Source of the DNA: the human T2T-CHM13v2.0 reference genome, Homo sapiens
Reading direction: 5' to 3' (one strand)
DNA: 64,000 nt
Assembly: GCF_009914755.1 (NCBI RefSeq)
Contig: NC_060926.1
Both the position numbers and the translations under genes were made by a program. The notes beneath the pieces are model-generated. The model did no database searches. It was given only the letters and a program-made list of their open reading frames with translations, and had not been told where the DNA came from. Below, in pieces: positions 57,449-64,000 of the stretch (position 1 is the stretch's first letter; each line of letters opens with the position of its first letter).

Positions 57449-57774
57449 CAGGTTGAGCATCCCTAATCTGAAAATCTGAGATCCAACATGCTCCAAAATT
57501 CAAAACTTTTTGAATGCCGACATGACGCCACAAGTGGAAAATTTTACACCTGCCCTCATGTGACAGGCACAAAATTTAAAATATTATGTAAAATTATCTT
57601 CAGGCTACATGTATAAGATAGATATGAAACATAAATGAATTTTGTGTTTAGACTTGGGTCCCATCCCCAAGATACCTCATTATGCATATGCAAATATCCC
57701 CAAATCCAAAGAAATTCAAATCTGAAACACTTCTAGTCCCAAGTGTTTCAGTAGGAGAAGGGATAATCGACCTG
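57449..57774. mobile_element. Tigger4b/Zombi-type MITE
   Basis: TA-CAGGTTGAGCATCCCT ... AGGGATAATCGACCTG-TA terminal inverted repeats. Confidence 0.88.
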
Positions 57775-58244
57775 TATTTGTTTTCTATAGGATCAGTGCT
57801 TATTCTAAGAAATGCACTTAGGAAATACTACAACAGATTAATCAGGTCTTTGAATCTGATTGGCTGTCCTTTAGGAGAAACGGAACTCATAATATGTGAC
57901 CAAAAATAATTTTTAAAGGATAAGAGGCTGTACGCTAAATTTATTGTTAATTTTTTTTTCAGGCTATCATTTTTACATAAAGTTTTAGTTTTCTGGAGCT
58001 GCTGCTTTCTTTTTCTCTGAATACTTATTGTCTGTTCACTGAAGGCTCCTATTTAAAAATTAGAAAGCTTTTAAACCTATGTTTTCTTCTTCAACTCCTT
58101 ATTGAAAGCTAAAAGTAACTGTTGTGCCTTTAGCAATTTAAAGCTTTTTGATCCATTTTCATTGGGGAGTATGGGGGAAGACGACAGATTTCTTAATTGA
58201 GAAAGTTTTTAATACACTAGTATAAAACACCAAAAATTTAGTAA

Positions 58245-58656
<412 letters not shown>

Positions 58657-58824
58657 TGATATGAAACTACTTTTAAGTTAGTGTCCATCTTTTCCAAGAC
58701 TCTGTGTGAATTACAGCTTTTTGTTCAAGAAAATATTTCGAACGTATTATATTTGCTGCTTCAAATTATTTTGATAGGCAAGTTATAAATAGTATATTTT
58801 TTAAAACTTAAATTTTTTTAATAT

Positions 58825-59114
58825 ATTTTTTTAAGACAGGGTCTCACTCTGTTGCCTAAGCTGGAGTCCAGTGGCACAATCACAGCTCACTGCAGCCTCT
58901 ACCTCCTGGGCTCAGGTGATCCTTCCACCTTGGCCTCCTAAGTAGCTGGGACTACAGGTGTGCACCAACAAACCCAGCTAATTTTTGTATTTTTTGTAGA
59001 GGTGGGGTTTTGTCATGTTGCCTAGGCTAGTCTTGAACTCCTGGGCTCAAGTGATCTGCCCGCCTTGGCCTCCCAAAGTGCTGGGATTATAAGTGTGAGT
59101 CACCACGCTCAGCC
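58825..59114 (-). mobile_element. Alu (Jb-like)
   Basis: Antisense dimeric Alu. Confidence 0.92.
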
Positions 59115-59397
59115 AAAAACTTTTAAATCTTCATGAAACAACATTTAGATAAGACGTTGTAGAATAAATGCATTTATATCATTGCCCTGAATCCAGTGTA
59201 AGACTTCAAGGGTTAATAAACTTAAAAAAAAAATCTTATAGCCAGTATTTTAAGAAACTTGATTATACTTACGAAAGGAACATTGTTTGTTTTCTCTTCT
59301 TTTAAATATGGAGAGGTTTAATCCTTTACCTAACAAAGGAATTAATTTTAGCAAAATGATTCATTCCAACCCTCTTATAAGAAATATCTAGGAGAGT

Positions 59398-59766
<369 letters not shown>

Positions 59767-60455
59767 TTATTTACAGTCTTAATATCTCAGGGTTCTTTTT
59801 AGGTTTCCAGGGGAAAAGAGCAGGATAACAGTGTGGAGACTGCTAAGTTGAGAATTTAAAACAAATGAGAACATAAGATTTTTAAAATTGCATTGTGAAT
59901 GTAACATTTTTTATCAATCCTTTAATCTCACTCTTTTAGACATATTGAGAAAATGTTAAATAGAAAATATTATGAAATTTTAATAAGATGTTTCAGATCT
60001 TTGAGCATGAAAAATATAACAAAAAAGCCTAATTTCAAAAAACTATTTGAGATCAAGGGACAATGGTGTGACCAATATGAAGGGTCAAGACTGAAATGTA
60101 TTGTCTTTACTATCAAGAACTCTACTTTCAGTTTTTTCTCGGACAGTTAATTTCAGCTTCGTAGAGATTTCTGACCAAATTAAGGAACACTGTTTTCCTG
60201 GGTTTGTTTTGGGTATATGTCATTATAGTTATGTTATTTCTTACTGAAATTTATAATTGTGAGTTTTTTGTATTGTTTTAGTATTTAGTGGTGTATAATG
60301 TGTTATTCAATTATATGTAGTCATACAAAAAAAAAACACTAGCATACAAACAAAAATTATTTTTTTCCTTAACATTTGAAAGGCAAGACAAATTTTTAGG
60401 GAGCATATATAAAATAACTATGTCTTCATTCTTTTCTATTCACTTTTTGGCCTAA

Positions 60456-60929
<474 letters not shown>

Positions 60930-61271
60930 TTTTAGTCTACAAATTAAAGAAGAAAACTTTGCTTCTCTTTTTCTTCCTGCCTTAGACTTCCACCTTGTGG
61001 TGGCTCCTCAGTGACAGGAGTGCCCATGCAGCTATCCTCTCCCTTTTCTAGGATAATTCACTGGTGACATAGGTCATCTTTCAAACCAGGTCCATTTTCT
61101 GTACTTTGGCTGTCTTCATTGGTTTCTAGCTTTTCATTTGAGCTTAGGTTAGAACCACAGTGAATAATGAAGTAATTTGCATTTTGCCAGTTTTGACTTC
61201 CATCTAAAGGAAACAAGTCCTGTGGTAAAGGAAAAAGGGGGCAATATGAATGTCTATTCTAGCAGAGAACC

Positions 61272-61423
61272 CTTTTTTTTTGAGACGGGATCTCACTCTG
61301 TCACCCAGGCTGGAGTGCAGTGGCATAGTCATCACTCACTGCAGCCTTGACCTCCCAGTCTCAAGCGATCCTCTTGCCTCAGCCTCCTAAGTAGTTGGGA
61401 CTCCAGGCACTCACCACCATGCT
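61272..61423 (-). mobile_element. Alu right monomer / FRAM
   Basis: TSD TAGCAGAG(AACC/GACT)CTT. Confidence 0.85.
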
Positions 61424-61812
61424 AATAGCAGAGGACTCTTAATCGCTATGCTATATACATGATTTTAAGAGCTGTTATTGTTGTTATTGTTATCACAGAG
61501 GTAGCATCATTGTCTTCTACTGTTATTATGACTAACATTTGTGAATACTTAATAAAATAATTAATTCATAATAATAAATTATTTCAGGCCATGTTTAAGT
61601 GCTTTATGTGAATAAACTCAATAAGTGATGATGAAATAATTACCCACAATCTTATCTTTCCTTGTCTTAATTCTCTAGTTGGGCATTTAATCTTTCTTTT
61701 GTGGTTTATTTATTTGGCATTTGAATATTTAGCTATTTTCTTTGGACATTGATTACTGCAAATTGTTCATGGCCAAGCAGTTTCATTTTTATATCTCTCT
61801 TTTTTTTTTTAG

Positions 61813-61949
61813 GGAGATATACTTCCCAATTCATCAGATTATAAGTCCTCACTCATAGCACTGACTGCTCATAATTGGCTACTTCGTATATCAGCAACTA
61901 CGGGAAAAATCCTTGAGAAAATATATCTTGCACCTTATTGCAAATTCAG
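61813..61949 (+). CDS. DCAF17: DCAF17 exon 4 (137 nt)
   Basis: T-tract AG| GDILPNSSDYKSSLIALTAHNWLLRISATTGKILEKIYLAPYCKF(R) |GTATTT; ends phase 2. Confidence 0.96.
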
Positions 61950-62108
61950 GTATTTACTGTGAATTTATTATTCAAGATTTTATTTTAAAAATTTGAAACC
62001 TGTGGCCCATGAAATTTCAAGCCTTTTTTCCCTGTCAGTTTTCTAATCCATTACCAGATCTCAATTAATAAACCTATTTTCTTTTTCTCCCCTCATGACT
62101 ACATTTAG

Positions 62109-62439
<331 letters not shown>

Positions 62440-63010
62440 GTCATTTATCTTTGTATCCCTAATAAGTAACTAACCTGTAATAGTTTAAATAAACTTAAAA
62501 AAAAAAATTCCCTGTATTCTACAAATAGTATTTTCTATGTAAGATGCTCTTTATGGTAGATTTTCCTGAAGGCTAGTCTGTTTCAGTTAAATTGTCTGCT
62601 GTGTACAATCCAAGAACTGTTATTTTAACTATTAGTTTTATAAATTAGATGTAAATGGAGTGAATATGTTCATGGAATGTGTGAAAGTAACATTTTTAGT
62701 GCTTTTTATACTTCCATTTTAAAGTAGAAATGATTATTTTGTTTTCTAAGTTTTGAATACTCTTAGATCGAAAACAATTTTTATTCACCAATGCTCTAGA
62801 AAGATTAAAATTATGTATGTGTTTAAATAGGGATATGTCCATATGGGGATATAGAGGAAATTTTTTTAGCTATTTATTTTTTAAAATAGATCACTTTGCT
62901 TTTATAATTTAAATAACTAAAAAATAGTTTACTTATAAAATATAATATTTTGGTTTTAAGTATAAGGAAACTGACCCAAATAAATAAACTTCTCTTCATT
63001 CTTTTAAAAG

Positions 63011-63089
63011 ATACTTGAGCTGGGACACTCCTCAAGAAGTCATTGCAGTTAAGTCAGCTCAGAACAGAGGCTCAGCAGTGGCCCGGCAG
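63011..63089 (+). CDS. DCAF17: DCAF17 exon 5 (79 nt); gene continues beyond the window
   Basis: CTTTTAAAAG| (R)YLSWDTPQEVIAVKSAQNRGSAVARQ |GTATAC; cumulative CDS 537 nt = 179 codons. Confidence 0.95.
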
Positions 63090-63206
63090 GTATACATATT
63101 TAAACATTCAATAAAATGAAGACTCTTTTTCATAGGAATTTGTCTGCAGATTTGTTATGAAAAATCTAATGATCTTTTATTTCTGAAGCATGCTGTAAAA
63201 GATAGG

Positions 63207-63545
63207 ATTCACGGCAACCTGGATGGGATCGGAGACCATTATTCTAAGTGAAGTAACTAAGAAATGGAAAACCAGACATTGTATTTTCTCACTCATAAGT
63301 GAGAGCTAAGCCTTGAGGATGCAAAGGCATAAGAATGATACAATTTACTCTGGAGACTCGGGTGAAAGGGTGGGAGGTGGGTGAGGGATGAAACACTACA
63401 CATTGGGTATAGTGTATACCACTCAGGTGATATGTGCACCAAAATCTGAGAAATCACCACTAAAGAACTTACTCATGTGACCCAACACCACCTGTTCCTC
63501 AAAAACCTATTGAAATAAAATAATAATAAAAATATTTTAAAAAAG
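63207..63545 (+). mobile_element. 5'-truncated L1PB-type 3' end, sense to DCAF17
   Basis: GGAGACCATTATTCTAAGTGAAGTAACT..GAAATCACCACTAAAGAACTTA..AATAAA tail. Confidence 0.88.
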
Positions 63546-64000
63546 AAAAGTTGATAGGTAGATTTTTTTTTTCTGAAGCGTGCTATTTAAAGAGATTTTT
63601 CTCTTAAAGAATTACCCAGGATTTACTAGATTTTATAAAGTCTGGAAATTTATATCAAGAAACTTTTTGTTTCTATTGGTGACTTATGGGGAAATACTAT
63701 GGAAAGCATTTATTGAGCACTTAAAAAATAGATATAGACTGCTTTTAGAGGTTTTCTGTTTCTTTATACACCGGGACACCTAGAAAAAGCAAATACTTAT
63801 TTTGTGTCTCCCCTTGGCAGAGTCTGTTGTAGTTCTTTCTCATTTTTAATTTGAACTACTTCAGCTGTTTCTCACTAGTGTCCTTGATTGCAAAACAGGC
63901 AGGCACTGATCTGAGTTCTTTACCTGTATTTACTAATTTGATCTTCAGCACACTCCTTTCAGTAGATACTTTTATCATCCCATTTTACAGGTGAGGATTC

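Overview
Primate genomic DNA, most likely human chr2q31.1 (recognised from translated exons, not from a database search). It is centred on the head-to-head METTL8 (- strand) / DCAF17 (+ strand) pair, which shares a CpG-island promoter at ~47.0-47.9 kb. METTL8 contributes its first coding exon (5196-5350), a ~41.7 kb first intron and a probable non-coding exon 1 ending at 47023. DCAF17 contributes coding exons 1-5 (codons 1-179), all GT-AG and phase-consistent. The rest is mostly transposon fossils: about 35 Alu/FAM/FLAM elements, old L1 and L2 pieces, a full-length Tigger1, MER6A, MER44, MER8, Tigger4, Charlie1, a complete THE1 provirus and nested ERV1 LTRs. Repeat subfamily names are recalled from consensus sequences and need RepeatMasker/Dfam confirmation. 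Nearly all ORFs in the supplied track are repeat-derived or GC-content artefacts. I see no clear new multi-gene system. The best leads are: a stop-free DCAF17 exon 3-4 circle flanked by inverted Alus; a possible CUG-initiated DCAF17 N-terminal extension; an unidentified ~2.1 kb retroposed insert in DCAF17 intron 3; fold-back templated-insertion scars; an inverted ACTACAnnTCCC motif pair at the promoter; and a nested LTR upstream of DCAF17.
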